In this document: positions 54,121 to 62,680 of the stretch, piece by piece | How the letters are laid out: every line of letters begins with the position of its first letter | Numbering within the stretch: the stretch's first letter is position 1 | From: Schmidtea polychroa | Lineage: Eukaryota | NCBI GenBank assembly: GCA_044892525.1 | Contig: CM097885.1 | Coordinates: 8,434,001 to 8,498,000 of the forward strand | DNA: 64,000 nt | Direction: 5' to 3' | Made by a program: the position numbers and the translations under genes | Notes under the pieces: model-generated | What the model was told of the DNA's origin: nothing | Databases searched by the model: none | The model's input: the letters and a program-made list of their open reading frames with translations, nothing else

Positions 54121-57100
54121 CTTAGAAACTAAAAACTTAAAAAAAAAAAATAATAATAAATGACCTTGAAAAAATAAATGACCTTGAAAATAATAAATGA
54201 CCTTGACCTTTTATTTAAAAATTAAATGACCTTGAAAAAATAAATGACCTTGAAAATAATAAATGACCTTGACCTTTTATTAAAAATTTGACCTTGACCT
54301 TGATGAGTCATCGTTCTAAAAATATGATGAGACAACGAATGAGTCATTGTCTTTGTTCTAAAAATGTGATGAGTCATTGTATGATAGAAATCTATATCTC
54401 ATTAGAAAGGTCTTGGACTGAGCTTTAAGATGAGGTATCGTCCAATAAAATCCGTTGGTGGGAACATCAATTTTTGGGATGAAAAAAAGTAGGGGCCCTC
54501 CCGGCCACTTAATAATATTTTGACAAATAATAATAATTTAACTTTGAAAAGATGGTGGTCATCAATTGTTAATAACTTTGTCAATAATAATGATGATGAT
54601 ACCTTCTATGAATCAATCGAAAGGTCTTGCATTGGGCTTTAAAATGAGCTATCGTTGAATAATTATCGTTGTACATTTAAATTTTAAAATATGACCTTGA
54701 AAAAATAAATGACCTTGAAAAAATAAATGACCTTGACCTTGATATTGAAAATAATATTTTGAAAAATAAATGACCTTGAAAAATGGTCTCGGTAAAACTT
54801 TAATAACTTTGCCGATGTTAATGATGATGATACCTTCTATGGCTCAATTGAAAGGTCTTAGACTACGCTTCAAAATAAGCTATCGATTAATAAATTCGGA
54901 TAATGGGAACATTAATTTTGGGATGAGAAAAAGTATGTCCCCGCCCGGCCAATTAATAATATTTTGAATAATAATAATAATTTAACGTTGAAAAGATGGT
55001 GGTCATCAATTGTTAATAACTTTGTCAATATTAATGATGATGATACCTTCTATGGATCAATCGAAAGGTCTTGGACTGAGCTTTAAGATGAGGTATCGTC
55101 CAATAAAATCCGTTGGTGGGAACATTAATTTTTGGGATGAAAAAAAAGTGTGAGCCCGCCAGGCCAATTAATAATATTTTGGAAAATAATAATAATTTAA
55201 CGTTGAAAAGATGGTGGTCATCAATTGTTAATAACATTAAAACTATTAAAGATATATATGATACCTATAGCTCATTCGAAAGGTCTTGGACTGGGCTTTA
55301 AGATGAGGTATCGGTCAATAAAATCTGTTAACGAGAACATTAATTTTTGGGATGAAAAAAAGTGTGAGCCCGCCAGGCCAATTAATTAAAACAAAAAATT
55401 AAAAAAAAAAATTTTTTTTCCCGGGGGGGGGGAGGGGGTATATGTGGCGCGGGGAGCTCCTGGTCTGGGGAGCTCCAATCCTACTACTCATAGCATTTCT
55501 TGGCTTGTTAATTAAACAATATTAATGTCCAATATTAAAGATCATAATAAAGTCTGTATGAGAGAATTAGGAATGTCGGATTTTAAAATCTTATCAAAAA
55601 ATATTTTTTCAATAAAAATTTGAGAACTAGAAGAAATTTTGGTGCAACAAAAACAGCATATTGACAACATATAATAGACATACATGGTAGATAGATATGG
55701 TGGTCAAGAAATAAAGTTATTTATTTCTTAATTGCACGATATTATTCGAGTTCAAAGTTTGAGATAAGTTATAAAGAACAATGAACTTATAATTTTTACA
55801 CAATTACATGAAACTGTTAAGATTTTGTTAAGAGTTGAATACGAAAAATAAGTCAAAACTAACTGATTTATAATTTTAACCTTAATGCAGATATTGACCA
55901 CAAATATTTTTTATTGATTTAAAATAATATATACGGAATTTTAATTAGCTAAATTAACTTAAATTTGTTTTAATTTAAAATGAGCTTTTAGCAACTTAGA
56001 AAAATAATGATTGCAAACTAGTAATTTTTATCGATTTGTTTAAGTTAGAATAAAGGAAATACCTATCTAATACGGTATTTTTATAGTTATATAGTATAGT
56101 TATATACAGGGCCGGCTTTAGTTGGAAGCGGTGGATGCAAAGCATCGGGGCGCCTCTCGGAAAGGGCGCTAAACAATTTAGAATTTTAGTTTCTTTTTAA
56201 TATTTAACAAAAAAACCATTAACAAATTTTTTTTTAACAAGAATTTTTTTTTTTTTTTTAAATAAAATTTCCTTGAAAAACTACTGGCCTACTAGTTTTC
56301 GAAGTGTTTAAGAATTGTTTAATTTCGCAAAACAAAATAAATTATACATGCATAAATTTATTTTGAAACGGCCTGCTATATTCGGTTTAGTTATTTCGAT
56401 TAAAAAAATTAATGCTAAAAAAAATTATTTTAAAAGTCTACCAGTTCTATTCAGTTTTCAATCAGTTCAGTTGTTATTTGGTAAACTTTTTTCGCTAATA
56501 AAAAAAAATTTAATATTAAAATTTTAATAGTAAAATAAAAAAGTGTTCAGTACAGTTTAATAGTAAAAAAGTGTTTTGTTTCAGTACATTAGTTATTTTG
56601 CGGAATTGAATCATTGTACGGTGGTAGGTATTATTTAATTATTTTTATCTTTACTTCTAAAATTTATATTTTTTTAATTAAAAAAATTTTTATTAGCTTA
56701 CCTATATCATAAAATATGAATTCAAAGACAAAATTATCCGGGTGTGAAAATCGAAAACGAAAGGCGAAGAGAGAGTTGGAGGAACAAAAAAATCAGGGAA
56801 GCCTTAACCAATATTTAAAAAAAGCAAATTTGACAATACCTACAATAACGTTAACGGATGATCAGATTATTCCAGAGGATAGCACAAATGGTGAAGTTAG
56901 AAATAATGCCACTAATGAGACACAATCTATAAATTTACAAACAGAAATAACATCTTCATCTAACAAAGAGCTTCAAACCATACATTTAACTGAAACTATA
57001 AGTAATAGTGCTGATTTTCATTCAATTGATCCCGCAACTTGGCCTAAATTTATTAATGATAAAATTAGAAAAATTATTATTGAGCAAGGACCAATGCAAA

Positions 57101-59952
57101 TAAGGAAAGAAGTTTATCCCCGTGATGATGATGGACGAAGTTTTACTAATTATTATTACAATCGTAAATTACCTAATAATGAAATTATACCAAGATCATG
57201 GTTAGTTTATTCAAGTTCAGCAAACCGTGTTTTCTGTTTTTGTTGTAAATTGTTTATAAATCAAATAGAAGGAAACCAGCATTTGATTATAAATGGTTTT
57301 AGTTGCTGGAGAAATTTGTCAAAAACACTTGCAGCTCATGAAGTTAGTACATTACATGTTAATTGTTTTTTAAAGTGGACTCAATTAAAAAAGAAAATGA
57401 ACAACTTAACTACAATAGATGCTGAACTCGTAAAAGTATACGCAGTTGAAAAGAAACATTGGTACGCTGTTTTGGAGAGAATTGTCGAAATCATAAAATA
57501 TCTTGCCAGACAATGGCTGTCTCTGCGTGGCTCGTCAGATACTATCTATGAAAAAAATAACGGTAACTTTTTAAAATTTGTAGAACTTTTTTCTAAATTT
57601 GACATAGTAATAGCAAATCATTTAGCAAAGATACAAAAAAAGGAGACACAAACAGTTCATTATTTAGGCAAAACTATACAAAATGAAATAATATCCTTGA
57701 TCTCTTCGAAAATTTTGCAAAATATTATTCAAATGATAATTAATGCCAAATATTTTTCTCTAATATTAGATTGCACTCCTGATATTAGTCATAACGAACA
57801 AATGATATTTATAGCCAGATTTGTCAATAAAGATGAAGATAATGAAGTTGCAATAAGCGAACATTTTTTGGGATTTTTAAAAGTATCTGACTCCACAGGA
57901 AAAGGTTTAGCAACTTATCTTATTGACAACATTAAAGATTTAGGTTTGAATATTAATGATCTACGTGGACAAGGTTACGATAATGGCGCAAATATGCATG
58001 GGAAAAATAATGGTGTCCAAAAACGTATTTTAAATTTGAATTCTCGTACACTTAATTTAGTAGTGAATGATGCAGCCAAAATTAACACAGAATCATTTAG
58101 TTTCTTTTCCACTATTCAAACAATTTATAATTTCTTAAGCGCTTCAACAAAACGATGGGAGTTCTTAAAAAAAATACTAAAATTACAGTAAAACCTTTGT
58201 CAGCCACCAGGTGGGAATCAAGAGTCGATGCCCTTCGTCCACTTAGGTTTGAAATAGCTGAAATTTTAGATGCTTTAGTTGACATTTATGAAAACCTAGA
58301 AATAGATAATAATACAAAGCATGAAGCTAAGGCTGTGGCTTTCAAAATAAAAGAGTATGAATTTATATGTTCAGTGGTTATTTGGTACGATGTTTTAAGT
58401 AAAGTTAACGTTGTTAGTAAACTGCTCCAAAATCCAAATCAAAACTTAAATGTTTCTTCAGTTGCGTTAAATAGTCTTATTAAATTTATTGAAGAATATA
58501 GATCCGATGAAAATTTTAGTCTTATTCTTCAAACGGCAGAAAATATAGCAGCTGATTTAGAAATACCTGCGAAATTCAAAGATAATACGTTACGAAGAAG
58601 AAAGAAAAAAATTTTTGGTTATGAATCTGTAGACGAAACGCCAGTTGATCCGATACTTAAATATAAAATATCATTTTTTCTGCCAATTTTAGATATTACT
58701 ATCAATTCTTTAAAAGAAAGGTTTAATCTTTTCACAAAATATAGTGAAAAATTTGAATTTATACATAATATAAAAGAAATTAACAAAATGGATGATAATA
58801 CATTAAAAAAACATTGTTCTGATTTAGAAATAATGCTAACCGATGGCGAGAAAAAAGATATATCTGCAACAGAATTATTTAATGAAATAAAAATAGCAAA
58901 GGAATTTTTGAAAGACTTTGAAAACCCACTAAACATCTTGCAATATATATATAAAAATCTACTGGATTCCATTTTTCCCAATTTTGTAATTGCTATTAAA
59001 ATATTTTTAACTTTACCAGTTTCAGTTGCTAGCGGAGAACGATCTTTTTCGAAGCTTAAACTAATTAAAAATTATTTAAGATCAACAATTTCACAAGAAA
59101 GATTAGTTGGTTTAGCAATGATATCGATTGAAAGTGATATATGCGACAAATTAGATATACATAATTTAATTGATGAATTTGCCAGTTTAAAAGCTAGAAA
59201 AGTAAATATCTAGAATAATAGTTTTGTCAATTTTTATACAAAATATATGTATGTTATGTAATTTTTGTATATTATAATATTGTTTCAATAAAATAAAAAA
59301 ATATATAAACAAAATAAAACCTGTTTTTCACTTGGAAAAGAATTATTATTAATTTTTTAATGTTTTTATTACAAATTTAATATTGCCAATTAAATTACGT
59401 TAATTCCAAAAAACCAATAAAATAAATGGGCGTCTAAAATGAGTTTCGCATCGGGGCGCTACTAATGCTAGAGCCGGCGCTGGTTATATATAGCTAGAAT
59501 AATTTTAAACCATTTTCAAATATAAAATGTACACAATAGTTCCACATTTGAAACTTTAATTCTTCTAGGATTATTTTAGCTGTGCAGGATGCTCATATTT
59601 TCTTAACAAACCTTCTAGTTCGAATTGCGTTTTAGTTGATGTGATAAGACAATTGGGAGGAGTTCCATTTGTTAGAACTACTGTTCCACAATCTATGATG
59701 AGGTTCGGTTTGCTTGTTGTGAGAACAGACTTTTATTTATATCAGCTTTCTTTCATCCAACCCAATTGATGGGATTACACTAAATCCAATCGATATTTCA
59801 AAGTCTCCGGGTGGTAGCAGTTCGGGTGAAGCAGCTTTAATAGGTGGGCATGGATCGATTGTTGGAATTGGGACTGACATGGGAGGGTCGATTCGTATAC
59901 CGGCTGCGTTTTGTGGTATTGTTGGGCTGAAACCGACTCATGGACGTCTGAG
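35858..59952 (+). CDS. FAAH: Fatty-acid amide hydrolase-like amidase; exons ~35858-36061, 36101-36211, 36255-36308, 37928-37999, 59569-59702, 59746-59952; 3' exons not found in window
   Basis: N-terminal TM helix; [23 protein letters not shown] (catalytic Lys); [54 protein letters not shown] (amidase signature). Phases are consistent across GT-AG introns. The first, in-frame intron is less certain. Confidence 0.88.
36640..37900 (+). repeat. Near-pure AT degenerate tandem satellite in FAAH intron
   Basis: The block ataatataattgtaatagaaataaacataaataaataataataatacagataaaaa recurs at roughly 200-bp spacing. Confidence 0.75.
38447..39331 (+). mobile_element. Non-autonomous pogo/Tc2-like DNA transposon
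   Basis: TA-flanked TIRs CCGTATATACT / AGTATATACGG, with a second left end at 38621. A C-terminal transposase remnant [11 protein letters not shown] plus an acidic tail lies at ~39120-39230. Confidence 0.7.
40698..41850 (+). pseudogene. Penelope-like retroelement reverse transcriptase (frameshifted), split by the Polinton and continuing at 55495-55524
   Basis: [59 protein letters not shown]. Removing the Polinton and one TSD copy restores [18 protein letters not shown]. Confidence 0.9.
41851..43683 (+). repeat. Left inverted arm (~1.83 kb)
   Basis: Reverse-complement match to 53721-55488, comprising the terminal GC block, ~214-bp units, TCAAGGTCA arrays, (ATT)n, a ~90-bp motif and the 3' end of the acidic ORF. 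Confidence 0.9.
43505..43863 (-). CDS. Small acidic protein with Cys-containing C-terminus; 2 exons (43863-43848, 43806-43505)
   Basis: ATG at 43863 plus a 41-nt GT-AG intron (43847-43807) gives in-frame [21 protein letters not shown]...[10 protein letters not shown]...CGDDECEC. Confidence 0.6.
43960..44361 (-). CDS. 133-aa protein; TBP-like N-terminus, possibly OB-fold/SSB-like C-terminus
   Basis: The ATG-initiated ORF diverges from the ATPase gene. LSNINYRA and [11 protein letters not shown] recall TBP NIV and LIFxSGKxV strands. The functional call is tentative. Confidence 0.5.
   Translation of the reverse strand: MLSNINYRAKTDVSKMVFPIGKPQQLINRSNKYPIIYFKTGKCRINSLTGTLSMLDIKTIDDVFKRLNTNLSCNQNAFFNNRYAKFYDSFDEISFKENENWYITITIQGYKVDNNDVYSPIWKIMSARLSQLF
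44466..45104 (+). CDS. A32/FtsK-HerA-like genome packaging ATPase
   Basis: Walker A GPSGSGKT, Walker [36 protein letters not shown] and PHGYIFLD. Confidence 0.93.
   Translation: MELRNDAVYQIVGPSGSGKTLFVCKLLKSNLFKTKFNNIYWHRGADEEHGLTQSSFCQLKNMKIVKGFDKNWSSRLKKDDVIIIDDLYQEANKEKDFNNLFTKISRHVGVTVIFITQNLFHQGGAHRTRNLNVQYLVIFKNPRDATVIDFLGRQAYPNNRNFLISAFQDATKIPHGYIFLDFTQQCPDDIRVKTDIFNPKGAMVYKQSSKQI
45118..45612 (+). CDS. Basic core-protein precursor with C-terminal amphipathic peptide
   Basis: Lys-rich, ending [25 protein letters not shown] as is typical of Polinton small structural ORFs. TATA-like tatataaa at ~45076. Confidence 0.75.
   Translation: MFSKTRISGKKQPKVPPTTSYTPSKDLITENFPAMNLISKNPKPKPKSKTTKKVKVVKNHRSFPFFNTLLKAPSMKRNSILQSFPNYVVDDLLDIILKVVKGKIKISKSKKQLLSKHRKPLLSLVNNKNRQQMRKIIYKQQGGFIGALIPLAISLLGGIIGSRS
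45616..45843 (+). CDS. Putative overprinted N-myristoylated small protein (75 aa)
   Basis: aaacaATGG start 3 nt after the upstream stop; MGANPS (MGxxxS) followed by SSCC. It overlaps the integrase 5' end in another frame. Confidence 0.5.
   Translation: MGANPSLPDIKFNIKSSCCNGEDLDEPGRRSRFWWSGKIKEKSSEFEKGNSEVVIRPACVQFEQTNAETIPNKSI
45674..46729 (+). CDS. Retroviral-like (rve) integrase with C-terminal chromodomain; 42-nt intron at 46062-46103
   Basis: DDE triad WQMDL / QTDLGKEF (after splicing) / [27 protein letters not shown]; chromodomain [12 protein letters not shown]. First ATG (MEKIW) is at 45674. Confidence 0.93.
   Translation: MEKIWTNPEDEAGFGGVAKLRKRVPNSKKETQKWLSDQLAYSLNKPMQKRFPTRAYKTYGINDLWQMDLMEMIPYSKINNGYKYILTCIDVFSRFARAIPVKAKSADEMSKAVNHLFKDGHPKNLQTDLGINIIIFIIIIIILGKEFYNSKVKQILNKMKINHYSVHSQYKAAHVERFNRTLRDRLKKLFVHQGNKKWVLILPKIITSYNHSSHQGLNGLRPIDITSKTIYSKKPEKITKPKYKVGDHVRISKISASPFIKNFDTNWSDEVFVISKINTKQNPVMYVIKDNDNNIVQGKFYEQELQVIPPPKVFRIQKILKTKNKGKDKQYYVKWHGYQNPSWISEKDLVK
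46726..47740 (+). pseudogene. Minor capsid (penton-like) protein; GTG start and one frameshift near 46940-47040
   Basis: The N-terminal [26 protein letters not shown] and C-terminal [44 protein letters not shown] are in different frames. Confidence 0.8.
47733..48095 (+). CDS. Core/membrane-active precursor (pVII/cupiennin-like) upstream of MCP
   Basis: [30 protein letters not shown], with a basic tail containing KGHG repeats. Confidence 0.8.
   Translation: MANSDIISMYSDSQSGGELPYFIGKQYGSGWLKTIGRFALPILKRIGSFGMKTAKDVIMNEQKILPSLKTNALAELGKVLPGVAGMFQKDTPPVPAPKRKGHGISRINKRMKGHGTIFAK
48092..49315 (+). CDS. Double-jelly-roll major capsid protein (Polinton PY/hexon-like), 407 aa
   Basis: [73 protein letters not shown]. 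The start overlaps the upstream stop (ATGA). Confidence 0.92.
   Translation: MICGKSELCIFDRPSPQAVIEFGAFEEVFPMNSITDSRNDIEFYINGSQTEYLDLNDTLLTVQIKVVDKDRKVLDANADVLPNNFMFHTLFKDAVLGFNNIKIEGGNNTFIHKALIETILNYNSDTKNTCLTPMGYAAADDERKKWVKGSKVFTMCSSLQLDFMDQPKYLLPGVNIHIRLKRSDSALSLTSATGAPICQLVDAKLLVRRVRVDPSVLAGHQLGLNSKHAIYPLKTKEIVQFAIAKGASSFYKEQIFGDRRMPNFILVTFQSETQYNGSYTASSSNFKNFGVTSLTLSKNTDYRETYTQDFENDNYCATYMQSIVRNLGYLDKNLNCGITLEEFKSKYPFFTFVLAPDFDLNQSQLPQNGNLRLDIKFAKAITEPVHVIIYGVFENEVQITANRTVLV
49316..49727 (+). CDS. Adenain-like cysteine protease; 2 exons (49316-49348, 49395-49727)
   Basis: FVGVFP; VNT..GEHWIA (His); FDPMG (Asp); FQ..TCGQHC (Gln/Cys). ATG follows the MCP stop directly, a 46-nt GTAAGC...TTCAG intron restores the frame, and AATAAA overlaps the stop. 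Confidence 0.85.
52340..52860 (+). repeat. Degenerate tandem repeat with (AAT)n spacers inside the element
   Basis: Recurring ttaatgggttgt...tgtgtaaaaatattt(g/t)aggtttt, about 6 copies. Confidence 0.7.
53721..55488 (-). repeat. Right inverted arm (~1.77 kb)
   Basis: Mirror image of the left arm, with substitutions and a different number of ~214-bp units. Confidence 0.9.
56107..59482 (+). mobile_element. hAT transposon (Tip100/ZMYM1-like), 3,376 bp
   Basis: TIRs CAGGGCCGGC / GCCGGCGCTG, with an exact 8-bp TSD GTTATATA (56099-56106, 59483-59490). gcatcggggcgc occurs near both ends. Confidence 0.93.
56716..59213 (+). pseudogene. hAT transposase with TTF zinc finger, frameshifted near 58165
   Basis: [58 protein letters not shown]. 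It is split into two overlapping ORFs at an A-run, and the CxxH segment is missing. Confidence 0.9.
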
Positions 59953-61056
59953 GTTACTGAAATTGTTTATAATTTATTTATAATTAAAGGATATAATTTA
60001 TTGATTTTTTGTAAATAGCCCCTATAACCAGTCTTGCCCAGTTAGAACTTTTTTTATTCTAATCAATAATTTTTAATTTAATTCGAATTTTTGACAAATT
60101 ATTTTTTTCGATCGATATTCATTTATTAAAACAAATTAATTTTATATTTTAATTTTATCGGAAGATTTATTTAAAACAAAAAATTTTTCTTGGCCTATTT
60201 TTACATTACTTCAAAGTTTAAAATTTTGTTTTGGTGGAGATTCGGAAACAAAAATGCAAATTCTGTCAAGTGTCGATATATTTTTAACTATCTAAATATA
60301 TTTTAAATGATTTTAACAAATTACTTGAAATATCCAATCCTCGGCTGAAATGACTTTACAGTATAAATTGAGGAACTAGAAGAAAATGAAATTAATTTTT
60401 AATACCTTACAATTGAAAGGTCTCGATTGATGGTACTGAAAAAATTTACTAGTTGATTGAAGATTCTTGTTCTGCCTAAATGTATAAATATATGTTGTAT
60501 ATCCAAAAAATGCCCATACCTCAAAACCTCATTTCTCTAGCAGTTCCTGTCTGCATTTTTACAATCTAATTCAATTATCGAAGCTCTCAAATGTTGGTAA
60601 AAATAGTATTAAAAAATATTTTTAGTGTGATACAATTTGATTACGATTATTATTGATTAATTTGTTTGTATATTTTTATTTTATTTGTTAATGATACGAT
60701 TCCTAGCCTGAAGAAGATTGGTAAATGATCGAAATATATTGGAATGTTATATTTTAATATACTTAGCGATTTTCTATTATTAAAACTTCGCCTTCTTTTT
60801 TTTGATTATTAATTTAAAATTAAAATTATTAATTAATATTAATAATCACTTTATTAAAAAAAATAAAAATGTCGACCATGCTAATAAAACAAAATATATT
60901 ACATAACTAATTATCTAAAACCATATTCGTATACACTATAGAAACTCGAGGATTATATAATCATATATATATATATATTTTCGGATTTTATTAGGGCTTT
61001 TGGTTTAGTAAGCTCAAAGTATCTTACTGATTATTAATAAACTTTTGGAATATGAC

Positions 61057-61490
61057 CAGTGTCGGATTTAGATCTGATAAGGCCCTAGGCTATTTGAAAT
61101 ATGGGGCCCTTTATAAGACCAGATATCATACCTCAGCGGCAAATATGATTTTCGGATACCTAGAGGGATAAACTAAAATACAATTAAGAAGTATAGATTG
61201 TGAAAGAATAAATCTTTAATTTAAAATCATTTTTATTCATAACAAAATTAGCAATGCAAACTCTGATAAAAAGAAGCAAATTAAAAAAAACAATTTACAA
61301 AGGCTTATTATCTAATCTCTTGAAACATCCTATGAGTATTAAGAAATTATATTAAACTAAAATATTTTCTTTCTTGCCTTTGCAAGTCACTGAGGATATC
61401 GTCGAATGATAAACTGCGTAGTTTGTCACTTTCTATACACATGAGACTGAGGGAACATAATTTATCTTGAGTCACTGTTGTTCTAAATTT
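61057..61490 (-). mobile_element. 3' end remnant of another hAT element
   Basis: The minus strand reads RTTVTQDKLCSLSLMCIESDKLRSLSFDDILSD. A terminus-like CAGTGTCGGATT with ggcccc-type subterminal motifs is present. Confidence 0.65.
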
Positions 61491-61600
61491 AATTGCTTAA
61501 AATTTAATTACTGCTGCTATCAGGAAATCATTACTTTATAATAATAATAATAATAATAAACAGTAAGACATATAATATAATCAGAGCTTACATTCGTAAT

Positions 61601-61960
61601 ATGGAGTTACCAGTTTATATTCGACCAATTTTTACAACCGCTGCACCTTTGAAATCACAGCTTTGTAAATCTCAAAAATCTCTAACATCAGACCTATTTC
61701 AACGAGATTGTATATGCCAATCCTCCACTAACTGTTTTTGCTTCTCAAAAAACATTGTATACCAAATTACTTGCACAAGATGTGACGCATCGTACATAGG
61801 CGAAACACAGAACGCTCCAAACAAGACTCAACGAACACATCAACAGCAAAACCAGCAATTATAATTATCACGAACACTGGAAAAAAATGCACAAATCAGC
61901 ACCACTCATACACGAAACAAAATTCAAAATATTACAAGATATTCATGAGTATCAAAAAAC
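61601..61960 (+). pseudogene. Penelope-like GIY-YIG endonuclease fragment
   Basis: KNIVYQITCTRCDASYIGET, then a frameshift to RLQTRLNEH. Confidence 0.8.
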
Positions 61961-62509
61961 ATTGATATATTGTTTTAATAAATAATAATAATAATATATT
62001 ATTATTAGAAAGCGCTACTTAAATACCGTTTTACCATATATTTCAGCAGTTTCTCTGTTTATAGAAAAAATTATAAAATAGATTTATTATTTTAACTTTT
62101 AAATTAAGCAATAATGATAATAAACTACAAAGTTATTTTTATGTGCTAATTGACATTTTACAAAAGTTTCAAGATTGTATTAATTTCAGTTAAATTTCAA
62201 ATTGTTAATTTTTATTTGTTTATAGTAAAAAAGGATTGCTGCCATTGGCGAAATATTCTATTAGTGAGTCTTTATATATGTTATAATGATAAAATTTTTA
62301 ATATTTTGTTTTTATGGGGTCTAGTGAAAAGTTGAAAAGGTATGTATGAAAGTGGGTTAAAATTAAAAAATGTAGAAATATCTTTGTAAATACATATATA
62401 ATGCTTTTTTGAATTTTTAATAGGTTATTTTTGTCTTTGAAGTTCTTCCAAATCTGAGTCCTTTGCAAGATTGATAGTCTTGATTTTATTTATTACAATG
62501 ACACCAAAG

Positions 62510-62680
62510 CGCAATAAGTAAGGGTCTAAATGACATTAAGTAAGGACAAATGACAATAAATAAGGGCTTAGTGGTATTAAATAAAAGGCTTATTGACAAT
62601 AAATAAGACAGGCTAAAGGACAGTAAATAAGAGAATAGATGGAATATAGTAAGGGTCTAAATGACATTAAATGAGGACAT
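62510..62680 (+). repeat. Degenerate ~21-bp minisatellite
   Basis: Recurring taa(g/a)taagggtctaaatgaca-like unit. Confidence 0.55.

Larger units (their letters stand above)
41851..55488. mobile_element. Polinton/Maverick (adintovirus-like) endogenous element, 13,638 bp, with no recognisable pPolB
   Basis: Termini AGTAGTA...TACTACT, an exact 6-bp TSD CATAGC (41845-41850, 55489-55494), long inverted arms, and ATPase, integrase, mCP, MCP and protease genes. Confidence 0.95.

Noticed and set aside
61601..61960. GIY-YIG fragment as the 3' end of the Penelope RT at 40698-55524
   Set aside because: It is separated by FAAH exons and lies in a different intron, so it must be an independent insertion.
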